DNA of 64,000 nucleotides from Mobula hypostoma (Eukaryota): NCBI RefSeq assembly GCF_963921235.1, contig NW_026948219.1:310001-374000 (forward strand). Direction: 5' to 3'. The position numbers and the translations under genes are program-made. The notes under the pieces are model-generated. The model saw only the letters and a program-made list of their open reading frames with translations, was not told the origin of the DNA and searched no databases. Numbering within the stretch: position 1 is the stretch's first letter; every line of letters starts with the position of its first letter. Positions 37,580 to 50,319 of the stretch are shown here, piece after piece.

Positions 37580-39265
37580 CTGGTGTCTAACACAGTGAAG
37601 ATTGACACAAAATACTCAGTACATTCAGCCGCTTTTTCCTTGCTCTATGAGGAAATCGCCAGCACCACCTTCCAGCGGTACAATATCAACTCTTGCCTCT
37701 CTTTTACTCTTCATATATCTGAAAAACTTTTGATACTTGATATTATCGGCTCACTTACCCTAATTTTTCACCTTGTCTCTCCTGTGTGTGTGTGTTTTTT
37801 TTTTGTAGTTGTCTTCTGTTGGTTATGTAAAAACATTCCAATCCTCTAACTTCCCACTGTTTTCTTGCTATATTATATGACCCACTTTTGTTTTTATCAA
37901 AAACAGGAGAAAATCTGTGAATGCTGGAAATCCAAGCAACACATACACAAAATGCTGGAGGAACCTAGGAGGCCAGGCAGCATTTATGGAAATGGTAAAC
38001 AGTCGAGGTTTCGGGCCGAGACCCTTCATCAGGACTGGGGGGAAATTGAGACGTCAGATGAAGAAGTATAGGGGTGAAAGGGGTGGATGAAGTGGTAGGT
38101 GATAGGTGAAACTGGGAGAGGGGGAGTACTGAAAGAATAAACTTCTTAGGATATAATTTCCTTAACGATTCTCAATAGATCATTGCAAATGCCTCCACAT
38201 CTCTTCAGCCACCTCTTTCAGATCTCTGGGGTGTACACCATCTGGTCCAGGTGACCTATTTACCTTCAGACCATCTCCGTTTCCCAAGAACCTTCTCCCG
38301 AGTAACGTAACTTTACACATTCTGACCACTGACATCTGGGACTTCCATATTCCCGCCAGTGTCTTCGACAGATAAGAGTGATGTGCAATACTTATTCAGT
38401 TCATCTGCCATCACATTGCACCCCCACCCCATTACTACCTCTCCAGCATCATTTTTCACTGGTCCAATATCCACTTCCTCCTCTCTTTTACACTAAATGT
38501 ACCTGAAGGAAAAAATGGTATCCTCTTTAATATTACTGGCAAGCTCACCTATGTATTCCATCTTTTCCTTCTTAATTATTTTAGTTGCATTCTGTTGGTT
38601 TTTAAAAGCTTCCCAATCCTCTAACTTCCTGGTAATTTTTTGTGCTGTGCCCTCTCTTTGGTTTTTATGTTGTCTTTGGTTTCTTTTATCAGCCACGGTT
38701 ATGTCACCTTACCTTCAGAATACTATTTCCTCTTTGTGATGTGTTCATCCTCTGCCTTCCGAATTGCTTCCAGAAATTCCAGCCATTGCTACTCTGTTTT
38801 CATCCCTGCCCGTGTTCTTTTCAAATCAATTTTGACCAATATTTCTCTCATGCCTCTCTAATTCTCTTTATTCCACATCTGACTTTAGCTTCTCCTTCTC
38901 TAATGTCAGCGTGAATTTGATCGTATTAAGATCACTTGCCCCTGAGGGTTCCTTGAACTCAAGTGACCCAATTAATTTCGGATCATTACAACACCCAATC
39001 CAGAATAGCTGATCTCCAAGTAGGCTCAACCACGAGCTGCTCTAAAAAAGCATCTTGTAGATATTCTCGGAATGCCTTCTTCTGAGACCAACCCCATCCT
39101 AATTTTCCAAATCACCTGCATGACAATCCCCCATGACGATTGTAACATTGCCCTTTTGGCACGCATTTTCCAGCTCCCATTGTAATTTGTGGACAACATA
39201 TTTACTACTGTTTGGGGGTCTCCATACAATTCACATCAGGGTTTTTTTTTACACTTGCTGTTCCT
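37580..39265 (-). mobile_element. CR1 ORF2 5' fragments interrupted by a Penelope terminus (~37900-38140)
   Basis: EDWEAFKNQQ...KEKMEYIGELASNIK; Penelope-type terminus with hammerhead. Confidence 0.75.
37999..38038 (-). ncRNA. Minimal hammerhead ribozyme motif
   Basis: Minus strand CAGUC-CUGAUGA-AGGG UCUCG GCCC-GAAAC-CUC-GACUG, with stem I CAGUC/GACUG. Confidence 0.7.
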
Positions 39266-39267
39266 TA

Positions 39268-42200
39268 TGTAACACTCGCTTTGCCTAGTGGCATGATCGC
39301 GGGGTGATAACACCCCCTGCCCGGCCAAGCCTTGGCACTCTCATTTGGGTGGATGCTGCGTGCGATGTCCCCTGTGTAAAACCAGTACCCCATAATAACC
39401 AGCAGTACACAATGTGCGGTTAAACGATCAAGATTTTATATTTAAGTATGGGGTTAGTAGAGAAACAAAAGAAAAGAAAAATCATATAAAAGGCGCCAAT
39501 AATCTCATGAACATGTCCAGTGCACAAACGTTGGAGCTCACGGATTCCCTTTTGATGATCCTCCTTCGCTGTTCGTCAACCCCTGGGTTCCCGCACCGAG
39601 CCCAGTCCCAGCGGGTCCGGCAACCGTCTCCTCAAGCCACCTCTTCTCTTTTCATCCTCAACACGCCTTCTCCTCAAAGCCCGCGCAAACTAACAGCTTT
39701 CACACAGACAGAAAGAATAACATCTATCCCAATCGGTTAACAGATGAATACAAGTCCCGTTATCACTAATTATAACCCAATCATGCTGCTATAGAGAACC
39801 ACTGCCTTAGCAATTAACCGTACAGAGAAGCCAGTTTATTATAATTAGCATGTACATAAAAGTAACCCCTGCACTCTCCCCCCACCAAATTTAGTCATTT
39901 CCTCACGACTTCTAAATAATTCGCCGACCCTTCCTGCAGACACAAAACCCAATCCAGATACAAACAGTGACATCGCTCCCCAAACAATAGACCTTACCCC
40001 TTGTTCCCCAGGCGCTACATAGGCCAACCTATCTTTGAGTTTCCTAATCCTCTAAGACCTCTGTACCCCCCTCACCTAAACCCTTCAGGCTCAGACACTA
40101 CTGGGGATACCTCGGGTCTGCTCGCCGAATCCTCTTTCAATCTCTCACTCATGCCTCCATGCAACTCGGAGCCTCCTGTCCTGTGTCCAGGCACCCCTGT
40201 CTCTCCTTCAGGGTCCTGCAGTCACCCAGGCTGCCTACAGCTAGCCCACCCCCCACCTCCCCTGACTCAGTGGGAGAAGGGCCAGGGGTCTCTTCATCCA
40301 ACAAGGGGAAGTGAGCGTAAGGCAGCCTGTACCACACCTCCATCTCATCATCTTTCGAATCCGTATTCTTCCCCTCTTCCTCGATTGGTAGCTGTTGGTT
40401 GGTTGTCTCCACGCTGGAGCACTTGGCCTGGGCTGCTTCTGCAACCTCTTCAGCCTCCTCTAATCGAGACGACAACTTCGTCTTGGACCCCTCCAACTCT
40501 CGCCACAGTCTCAGCAGTTCTGACTCACGCTTGTTGGCCATCTCCATCTGGGACGCAGTTTCTCCACCAGCTTCTTCCACCCAGGCTTGGTATTCCTTAA
40601 ACTTCCTCTGAAGAGCAGCAGTTAGAGATTGTGCAGCCTCCAGTTTAGTGTCCACTGAGCTTATCTCCAGCTTTTTTTTCTTGATGACTTCTTCCAGGTC
40701 AACTTTCAGTTTTTCCATTTCATTTAAACTGTCGATGGTCATCTTCAGGTTCCCTTCAAGCTTCCACTTCTCTCTTCCGAGATCTGTCCGCCACTGCTTC
40801 ACCTCCTCGGAAGTGTATTCAAACTGCCCTCTCTGGGCTCTCTGTTTTCTGTCAGACAGACAGCTTTCTTTGTCCTCCGCAACTTGCAAGTCTTCCAATC
40901 TGTTCTGGATCAATTTCTCCAGGAACTGTTGAAGAACACTCACAGGCTGCGACCTTCGCCAGACCTGGCCCGTTTCCAGAGAAAATGTTAACTCTTTAGT
41001 TCTCTGCCGCTCCTACAACAGCCTCGCTTCATATTCTTCAGAGGCAGATCCAAATACTAGGAGATCATCCAAATGCAGCAAACTTCAAACAATTCCACAT
41101 CCCCCACCATCTTCCTCATGCCCCGCGGGAAGGTTGCAAGGGCTCCGGATATGCCCTGGGGCATCTTTTCGGACTGGAAGCATCACAGGGGACCTATAAC
41201 GGCCGTCTTCGCCTTGACGGCCTCACTCGTCGGGATCTGGCAACATCCACTCCTCAGATGCCGCACATTAAACCACTTTGCACCACTCAGACAGACCAAC
41301 GCGTCTTCGACCCTCGGGCCCGCATACTGGTCAGGGACGGTGCGCCTGTTCAGAGTCCTATCATCCGCACACTCGCTCCCTACATCTCCCACGTCTACAG
41401 GGGCCAGTCGCCGCGACCTCTCTCTCACTGGGACCTCTTCAGCTGTCAACTCCCCGCTTCGCGGTATTTCGGAGCGTCCACTAAGAGAGCGTCACGTTCA
41501 GATACTCCCCCCGGGCCGTACCACCAACGGCTCTCGTTTATCTTCGGTGCCGGCCCGAAGCTGCCATACACGCCCTCTGCAGCAGCTCGAAACGCTGGTG
41601 CACAGACAATGTCCCCAGAGAGCTCTCACCCGCCTTCTCCTGGCAGGCCTCCTCACAAGCGGGGTGTGGATCCCCTCCCGAGTCGAAACGCTGCCGGTCC
41701 GGACACATCAACACTGACGACTCACCAACCTCAGACACCCACACCTTGGCCTCCGAGAACTCCAGTTTCACTGACAAGTAACCATCGTCTGGATAACTCG
41801 GAATCACCAGACCCTGAATGGTGTCAAGGATAAATGCGTCAAATACCGGTTGTAGAACGAACTGCAACCCAACTCGACCTGCGCCCCGGTGTCGAGGAAG
41901 GCCTTAGCATAGATTCCCTCTATCCGTAATGACACACGGGAGCGTGGTCCCACTAAGCCCGCAGGAATAGGGTCTTTTCCTTCCGGGAGTTCCTTGGTAC
42001 ATTCCTGGGAACGTGTTATCCCAGAGACTTATCCCAAGCCGTCCCCCCACTGGGTCTCCATTAAGTTTCCCGACACCTCTCTAATCAGCTGAACAACTGA
42101 AGGAGGAGCTGATCCCCCTGGCACCACAAGCAACTTAGCTGCTCCCCTAGCCAAAGAAGATACCTTGAAAACTTTTTCCCAATCTCCTGACATCCTGACA

Positions 42201-42970
42201 CAGGTACGGAAAGCCCCCCAGGTGCTGTATATTACTTCCATTCGAAGCAAACGCATTTCCCCCGCTTTCATATGACTGGCAGCGGCCACTACGGGGTAAC
42301 TGAACCTGACAGTTCCGACACCGTCAGCAGCCCGCCTACTCAAACTTTCAACCAATCCCTGTCGCTCTCCCTCAGCCGAGCACTGCCACTCATCTAACAA
42401 CCCCGCCCACGTCCCGTACGCCTCCGCCCCTCCAGGGGGAGGCATGATTCCAAAGGAAAAGCAGAGCCTACCATAGCGGGAACATCCGTTCGCCAGAGAA
42501 ACACAGGCAGACGCTACCTCGAAATTCTCCCTCTCCACCGGGGGACGAGGACTGGTTAGACATCCCAACTCCACACACTCTTCCCCCTCCCTCCTGACAG
42601 TAGGGACAGCCCCTGGCCCCGCCTCACCCGGGGCACCAACGGACACTGGCGATCCCACCTCCGTGACGTCAGCGCTACAGCCAGGACTGAGCCCGCCGTT
42701 TCATCAAACTTTCGCGCCACGATTTCAAACTCACCATCAGCTTTAAACATACTCATAAATCGAACAATTCATCCAAGGTACGAATATCTACCCCACTCAA
42801 CCCGTTACTGACCCCAATCCCACAGAGGCACACATTACTAACCGCAAGCCCACAGAGACAAATCAGCACTGATTTAAAATCGCTGCAATAGAGAACCACT
42901 GCCTCGGGAATTAACAGTACAGAGAAGCCATTTCATTATAGTCAGCAAGTACATAAAAGTAAACCCTAAA
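39268..42970 (-). mobile_element. Non-autonomous Gypsy LTR element (PNMA-like gag, protease, partial RT) carrying a myosin rod insert
   Basis: 3' LTR ~39268-39872 with PPT CTCTCCCCCCC; partial 5' LTR 42880-42970 matches 39786-39870; gag LDEWQCSAEGERQGLVESL; protease AFLDTGAQV at ~41880-41902; RT LNRRTVPDQY and [10 protein letters not shown]-like motif at ~41050-41080. Confidence 0.85.
40377..40910 (-). pseudogene. Captured intronless myosin heavy-chain rod fragment (MYH16-like) within an open 264-aa frame (40149-40943)
   Basis: LEDLQVAEDK; KLEGNLKMTIDSLNEMEKLKVDLEEVIKKK; LQRKFKEYQA; EEAGGETASQMEMANKRESELLRL; KLSSRLEEAEEVAEAAQAKCSSVE are sarcomeric myosin rod signatures. Confidence 0.8.
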
Positions 42971-43109
42971 CTTAATTCTACCCACAGATTCTACACCTTG
43001 CAACCCTATGCCACCTCTTTCTAATGATCTTATTTAATATTTTACCAACAGAGCCACACAACCCCACTACCAGCTTGTTTTTTCAAGAAACATATAAGTT
43101 TCTGGGAAA

Positions 43110-43237
43110 CAAAAGGACCTGCAGATGCTAGCGATCTAGAGAACTACACACAAAGTGCTGGAGGAGCTCAGCATGTCAGGCAGCATCTATGGATGGGCAT
43201 CAATATTTCAGGCCAAGACCCTTCATCGGGACTCTTG
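43110..43237 (-). mobile_element. Penelope terminus with a degenerate hammerhead
   Basis: CTGCAGATGC...GGCAGCATCTATGG; minus-strand core CCGAUGA...UGAAA is mutated. Confidence 0.6.
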
Positions 43238-46200
43238 ATATCCACATATCTGGAAAATCAACAAGCAAAGACAACAAAAAGTAGTGCAAAGTCGGGAAAA
43301 CCTTTGACAAAATTTAGTTCAAGGCTTAAAAAACCTGCCAAACAGAGCGTAATAGTTAATAAATGCAACAAAGGGAATAAACACTTTCATCAATACCGAC
43401 TTTGTTTTTTTTTAATGAAAATATCTTGGTCCTATTTCAACCAGTAAAATTTACAAAGATTAATAAGAACTGAAATGACAACTTTAGAAAATACTACTTA
43501 CACTCAGCCCCGCTCAGATTAACACTACCTTGGACAGAAGGAGGAAGAGGAATAACACACATGAAAAAAAGATCACACAACAGTCAGATAAAACTTCTAA
43601 GTATATATTTTCATCAAAAATGAACAGGATTCAGCACTCCATCTGTGTATATGCAATTGTGATAAGAAATACAGACCAGAAAACTTAAGTGAGAAGCTAA
43701 CTCAGAAAAAAATGAATCATCACTATGAAAGAAAACATTAACCAGTGGAATGAGTATGACCCTCCATGGGAAACATCCCAACAATCTGAGATGTTGACAG
43801 GGAAGCATCGAGGACCTGAGAGTTGGAGCTTCTTCCCAGAAACAGAGGAGTTCCTTGCAGAAATACAGGACAAGGTGGTTGACGAAAAGAAAAAAAAATC
43901 AAAAAACACATGAAATACAAACAAACAAGGCAATAAATGCAGAAAATGCCAAGAGAAACCAGACACAATCCAACACATTCCAGGATCCTGCAGCAGTTTA
44001 ACTCAATCTGATTACATATGCAGCTACAATCAAGTGGCAAATATCATTCACCAAAATCTTGCTTTAAAATAGAAACACATGAATGACCACAGTAACTTCA
44101 TTAAGACACCATAAATTCAAGCCTGATACGGTTAGGGACAGTATCTCACAATTTATATGATAATCGATACATTGTTACAGATAGGACAATCGAAAATGAC
44201 CATCCGGATATAATATTACAGGATAAACAGGCAGGAACAACGCCCTCAATAGATAAAACCATTCTCAACACACACGTACCTCGACCATTGGGGCACCTCA
44301 CCACAGGCATTGTTTGTGTCAGCAGTCAGACAACCGAATTATTTTCTCTGCCAATCAGCTTCCAAATGTTGCTACTCTGTCATTTATTGCCACACCCCAC
44401 TGCTGATTCCCTTCTCATCATCATACATTCTTACCCCAACCATCGTCCAGAGCCCCAAACTCTGCTCTGTGCAGACCCGCCTCTGGTTTCTGACAGTGCT
44501 CTGTTGAACATCCAACTAATGGTTTCCCATTCTGCTTTCAGTCTTTAGAGGACAGTGGTGTTTTCTAACAACCCTTTAGAAGCAGGGAAAATGACCCATA
44601 ATGTGGAAATGAGTCGTGAACAAGGAGGTTAACTACCAATGTCATTCTTCCCCAGCCCAGAGATTAGAGGGGCAAAGAACATCTCAGACAGAAATGCAGT
44701 CAGCCCGACTTCTTCAGTCGGCAGAAAATTCAAGGGAAACCTCTTCACCCACAGAGTGATGATTGTTTGGAACCCATCCCACGAGATGTTGACAAGGAAG
44801 CATCGAGCACCTGACTGAGAGTTGGAGACCTCTTCCCGGAAACTGAGGGTTCCTTGCAGAAAACAGGACAAGGTGGTTAACAAAAAGAAAAAAAAAAATC
44901 AAAAATACAAACCATACAAAGTAACAAGGCAATAAATGCAGAAAATGCCAAGAGAAACCAGACACAATCCAACATATTCCAGGATCCAGCAGCAGTTTAA
45001 CTCAATCTGATTACTTACAAAGGTACAATCAAGTGGAAAATATCATTGACCAGAATCTTACTTTAAAATACAAACTCATGAATGCCCTCCATCCATAAAG
45101 GCACCATAAATTCAAGCCTGATCCAGTTTTAGAGTCAAAATCATAGGGACTCTTGATACCCACATATCCGGAATATCAACAAGCAAAGAAAGTAGAAACT
45201 ACTGCAAAATAGGGCAAAACTTTGAGAAAATTTAGTTCAAGGTTTAAAAAAACCTGCCAAATAGAGCTCAATAGGTAACAATTACAATAAAGGCAATAAA
45301 CACTTTCACCAATACTGACATTGACTTTTTTTATATATATAAAAATAACTTAGTCCCATTTCAATCAGTAAAATTTACAAAAATAAATAAGAACTTCAGA
45401 AAAATTTAGAAAAGTGTATTTACACTCAAACCCACTTAGATTAACACTACCTTGGACAGAAGGAGGATGAGAAATAAGAAACATAAAAAAATCACAGAAC
45501 TGTCAGATAAAAGTCCTAAGGAAAACTGAACAGGATTCAACAGTCCATGTGTGTATATGCAATTGTGATAAGAAATACAGACCAGAAAACTTAAATGAGA
45601 GGCCAACTCAGAAAAATAAATCATCAGTATGGAAGAAAACATTAACCAGTGGAATGAGTATGACCCTCCATGGGAGACATCTCAATGATCTGAGCAGACG
45701 AGATGTTGACAGGGAAGCATCGAGAACCTGACTGAGAGTTGGAGACTTCTTCCCAGAAACAGAGGGGTTCCTTGCAGAAATACAGGACAAGGTGGTTAAC
45801 AAAAAGAAAAAAAAAATCAAAAATACATGAAATACAAATAAACAAGGCAGTAAGTGCAGAAAATGCCAAGAGAAACCAGACACAATCCAACACATTCCAG
45901 GATCCTGCAGCAGTTTAACTCAATCTGATTACTTGCACAGGTACAACCAAGTGGCAAATATCATTCACCAAAATCGTGCTTTAAAATGCAAACTCATGAA
46001 TGCCCTCCATCACTCCATAAAGGCTCCATAAATTCAAGCCTGATCCAGTTTTAGAGTCAAAATCTGAGAAATTATATGATAATCAATACTGCACATTATT
46101 TCAGAGAGGACAATCCATAATAACCATCTGGGTATAACGTTACAGAATAAACAAGCAGGTACAACTCCCTCAATAGATAAAACCATTCCCAACACACACA

Positions 46201-46700
46201 TGTTCCTCGATCAGCGGAGCACCTCACCACAGGTATTGTTTGTGTCATAAGTCAGACAACCAGATTATTTTCTCTGTCAATCAGCTTCCAAATGTTGCTA
46301 CTCTATGATTCGTTGCCACGGCCCACTGCTGATTCCCTTCTCCTCATCATACGTTCTTACCCTGACCATCGTCCAGAGCCCCAGACTCTGCCCTGTGCAG
46401 ACCCGCCTCTGGTTTCTGACCCTGCTCTGTTGAACATCCAACTAATGGTTTCCCATTCTGCTTTCAGTCTTCAGAGGACAGTGGTATTTTCTAACAACCC
46501 TTTAGAAGCAGGGAAAATGACCCATAATGTGGAAATGAGACATCAATAAGGAGGTTAACTACCAATGTCATTCTTCCTCAGCCCAGAGATTAGAGGGACG
46601 GAGAACATCTCAGACAGAACTGCAGTCAGCTCCACTTCTTCAGGCTGCAGAAATTCAAACCTCTTCACCCAAAGAGTGGCGACTGTTTGGAACCCATCAC
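43229..46700. repeat. Local tandem duplication (~1.9-kb period) with a triplicated ~340-bp block
   Basis: GGACTCTTGATA(T/C)CCACATATC at 43229 and 45147; block GAGATGTTGACA...AAATTCAAGCCTGAT at ~43788, 44783 and 45700. Confidence 0.9.
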
Positions 46701-47101
46701 CACAAGGAGAGCAAGAGGGGAACAGCAGGGGAGGATTTAAAAGGACTGTTGTGGAACTGAATCACTGGCAGTGTCCAGTTGGCTTGAGTTGACTCTCTGC
46801 TAGGTGCGTTATAAATTCACTAATTACCGGAGATAGAGTTTAAAATAGAACTGATTTATTTGCCTCAGATCCAGAATATTAAACTCTAGTCCCATTAAAG
46901 GTGAATATACAGCAGAAGAAACTCCTCCCATGCCCAGTGACCAGGGTGCAGAACTGGGTGTGGTGAGCAGCAGCAATAATTGCAGAGTTCAGCACCGACA
47001 GTCACTCTCGAAATTGCATTCAGCAATGGCGACAGACAAATATCTAGCATGAAGCTCACTGAAACTTTCTCCCCAGTGTGAACCCGGTAGTGTGTCACAA
47101 G

Positions 47102-47579
47102 TGTAACATGCTGTAAGGTTTCACTGCTCATGTAATGGCCTCTCTGTAACCACTGCTGAGGTAATGGTTTCTCTGCAGCAGAAATCTGCAGTTATCTCTA
47201 GTCGTAACCCTAATGCGAGGTTACGACTAGAGATAACAGGGTTTTGGAGTGCGGGGCTATCCAATGAGAGAAATGTTTTACCTTGTGAGTCTGGAAGACA
47301 GATTTTCATGGTCTTTTGCTGGGGAGAGATGAGAAGATGCGAATGGAGAGAGTGGACCCTTTTTCTTTTATTTGTTTACTTCACTAACCCCATAGTCAAA
47401 GTAAAAATTATGAAGCTCAATTGTATAATTGCATGTTGTGTACTGTTTGTTATTTCGGGGTACTGATTTGTAACAGGGGACATATCACGCAGCATCCACC
47501 CAAACGGGATTTCTTAAGTTTGGCCGGGCTGGGGGGCTATCACCCCCTATATTAAGCTGCTAGCCGAGGGAGAGTTACA
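47102..47579. mobile_element. Solo LTR in decayed ZF sequence; the paralogous copy is at ~58680-59313
   Basis: TGTAAC...GTTACA termini; flanks CAAG/TAAG; present at the same site in both duplicate copies. Confidence 0.75.
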
Positions 47580-47687
47580 TAAGCTTAGATTATTGAGTGG
47601 ATCTCTTCCCACATTCACAGCAGCTGAACACCCTATCAAGAGTGTGAACCTGGTAGTGTGTGATAAGGATAGATAACTGAATGAATC

Positions 47688-48535
47688 TGTTTACGTACAC
47701 ACAATGGTCTAAATGAACCAGCAGCAATAGAGCACACCTGGAGTCTGGTTTTGTTATTAAAAATCACTATTTATTAGTAACTACTCAATATAGTAACTTA
47801 AACCAGGTAAATCAAAAGTTAGCAATGTTATGCATATATTTGTGTGTAAATACAATTCTCAAACTTGTTAAAGCTCGGGTGACAAGAGTTAAAGTCTTAC
47901 GATGGTAATGCAAGGAAGTTCAGTTCAATCCATGGAATTGGTGTGTGAGAGAGAGAGAGAGGTATTTGTAATCCAAGGTGAAAACCACACTAGAAGAACG
48001 AGTAAACAGGTCCCGTTGATCTTCCGTTGTCAGGCTCCGAATCCACTCTCGAGTCAGCCAAACACAGCTTATCACTAAGGGTACCGTCTTCGAGGGTGAA
48101 CTACCACCCAGGCAAGGGTAGATACACCGGTAGCCTCCACAGGGTCAGCCCTTCCACACACCGTGACATACTGATTAATTCCCCTGATCGATCCTCAACC
48201 CACGCTTGTGGGCACTCGAAAGTCCCACCCAATGACTCCTCTGTCACTGGCTTCCTTTCACTGACCGGTTGCCTTAACCAGTGTTCCACTGTGTGTCTCT
48301 GGGACAGTCATCTGACCTTGCTTAAATAAACACGCTGTGAAGCAACTGTGAACATCGAACTGTCCATCACATAACTCCACCTCTCTCTCACCATGGCAAC
48401 CAAGCAACTGTGAACATCGAACTGTCCATCACATAACTCTGCCTCTCTCTCACCATGGCAACCAAGAAGCAGGCAGCAGTACTGAAGACAGTTTTTCTCT
48501 CTCATTTAAAGGCACAGTCCATGTCCACCGCAAAT
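47688..48535. mobile_element. LTR-like insertion specific to ZF copy 1
   Basis: Absent at the homologous site in copy 2 (GAATGAATCCTTTACCAC ~59413); begins TGT; contains an internal ~60-bp duplication at 48341-48465. Confidence 0.65.
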
Positions 48536-48801
48536 ACTTCACCACATTCACAGTAGGTGATCGGCCTCTCCCCAGTGTGAACTCAGTGATGCACAAATGG
48601 TTGATTTGGCTGAGAGAATTTTTTCCACAGTCTGAGCAGGTGATCGGCCCCTCCCCAGTGTGGACTCGCTGATGTTCCTTCAGTTGAGATGACGTAATAA
48701 ATCCCTTCCCATAGACAGAGCAGGTGAACGGCCATTTCCCTGTGTGTCAGCAGGTGAAATGACCAATTGAATCCCTTCCCACAGACTGAGCAAGTGAATG
48801 G

Positions 48802-49926
48802 TCACTCCCTGGTGTGAAGTGACTGGTGTTTCAGTAGATGAGATGACCGAGTGAATCCCTTCCCACAGTCTGAGCAGGTGAACGGCCTCTCCCCAGTGTG
48901 AACTCGCTGATGTACCTTCAGTTGAGATGACTCTACGAATCCCTTCCCACACACTGAGCAGGTGAATGGCCTCTCCCCAGTGTGAACTGACTGGTGTCTC
49001 AATACAGCAGATGACTGAGTGAATCCCTTCCCACACACTGTGCAGGTGAATGGCCTCACTCCAGTGTGAACTGACTGGTGTCTCAGTACAGCAGATGACT
49101 TTGTGAAACCCTCCCCGCAGTCTGAGCAGGTGAACGGCCTCACCCCACTGTGAATTCGCTGATGAACCTTCAGTTGATATGACTGAGTGAATCCCTTCCC
49201 ACAGTCCGAGCAGGTGAAAGGTCTCTCCCCAGTATGATCTCGCTGATGTACCTTCAGTTGATATGACTCAGTGAATCCCTTCCCACAGTCTGAGCAGGTG
49301 AACGGTCTCTCCCTGGTGTGAACTTGCTGATGTGTCAGTAGGTGAGCGAACAGTTTGAATCCCTTCCCACAGACTGAGCAGGTGAATGGCCTCTCCCCAG
49401 TGTGAACTCGCTGATGTACCTTCAGATTAAATGAGCAAGTGTATCCCTTCCCACAGTCTGAGCAGGTGAATGGTCTCTCCCTGGTGTGAACTTGCTGGTG
49501 TGCCTTCAGATGAGATGACTGAATGAATCCCTTCCCACAGTCTGAGCAGGTGAACGGCCTCTCCCCAGTGTGAACTCGCTGATGTACCTTCAGTTGAGAT
49601 GACCGAGTGAATCTCTTCCCACAGTCTGAGCAGGTGAATGGCCTCTCCCCAGTGTGAACTCGCTGATGTTCCTTCAGTGCAGATGACAGAGTGAATCCCT
49701 TCCCACAGTCTGAGCAGGTGAATGGCCACTCCCCGGTGTGAACTGACTGGTGTCTCAGTAACTGAGATGACACAGTAAATCCCTTCCCACAGTCTGAGCA
49801 GGTAAACGGCCTCTCTCCAGTGTGAACTCGCTGATGTACCTTCAGTTTACATGATTTACTGAATCCCTTCCCACAGTCTGAGCAGGTGAACGGCCGCTCC
49901 CCGGTGTGAACTCGCTGGTGAGCCAT
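48802..49926 (-). CDS. Tandem C2H2 zinc-finger protein, 13 fingers (374 aa)
   Basis: 13 CxxC-x12-HxxxH units with HTGERPF linkers; degenerate fingers on both sides. Confidence 0.88.
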   Translation of the reverse strand: MAHQRVHTGERPFTCSDCGKGFSKSCKLKVHQRVHTGERPFTCSDCGKGFTVSSQLLRHQSVHTGEWPFTCSDCGKGFTLSSALKEHQRVHTGERPFTCSDCGKRFTRSSQLKVHQRVHTGERPFTCSDCGKGFIQSSHLKAHQQVHTRERPFTCSDCGKGYTCSFNLKVHQRVHTGERPFTCSVCGKGFKLFAHLLTHQQVHTRERPFTCSDCGKGFTESYQLKVHQRDHTGERPFTCSDCGKGFTQSYQLKVHQRIHSGVRPFTCSDCGEGFTKSSAVLRHQSVHTGVRPFTCTVCGKGFTQSSAVLRHQSVHTGERPFTCSVCGKGFVESSQLKVHQRVHTGERPFTCSDCGKGFTRSSHLLKHQSLHTRE

Positions 49927-50319
49927 TAGGTCAGATAACCGAGTGAAACCTTCCCCACAAATTCAGCAGATGACCAGCCTCTGCTCGATGTGAACTGACT
50001 GGTGTGTCCACAGGTGGGAAGACCGACTGAATCCCTTCTCACACACAGAACAGGGGAATGGCCTTGTCCCAGTGTGAACTTGCTGATGTACCTTCACTTG
50101 AGATGACCCGACTGAATTCATTCCCACTGCCTGAGCAGATGAATGGGTTCCCCCCTTTGTTGACGTACAGCTGGGATTTTCTTTTATCTACTGTCAATTT
50201 AAAGTGCCACAGTTTTAAAGCCATGAAAACATTTTCTGCCCAGATGAATGGTTGGTCTGCACAGCTGTTAAAATGAATTAAATGAATATTAGTATTATTT
50301 AATGTTCTTGTCACAGAGT

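Noticed and set aside
48680-49729. Alternative-frame ORFs over the ZF arrays (also 59595-60491)
   Set aside because: Shifted frames of the 84-bp finger repeat commonly stay open.
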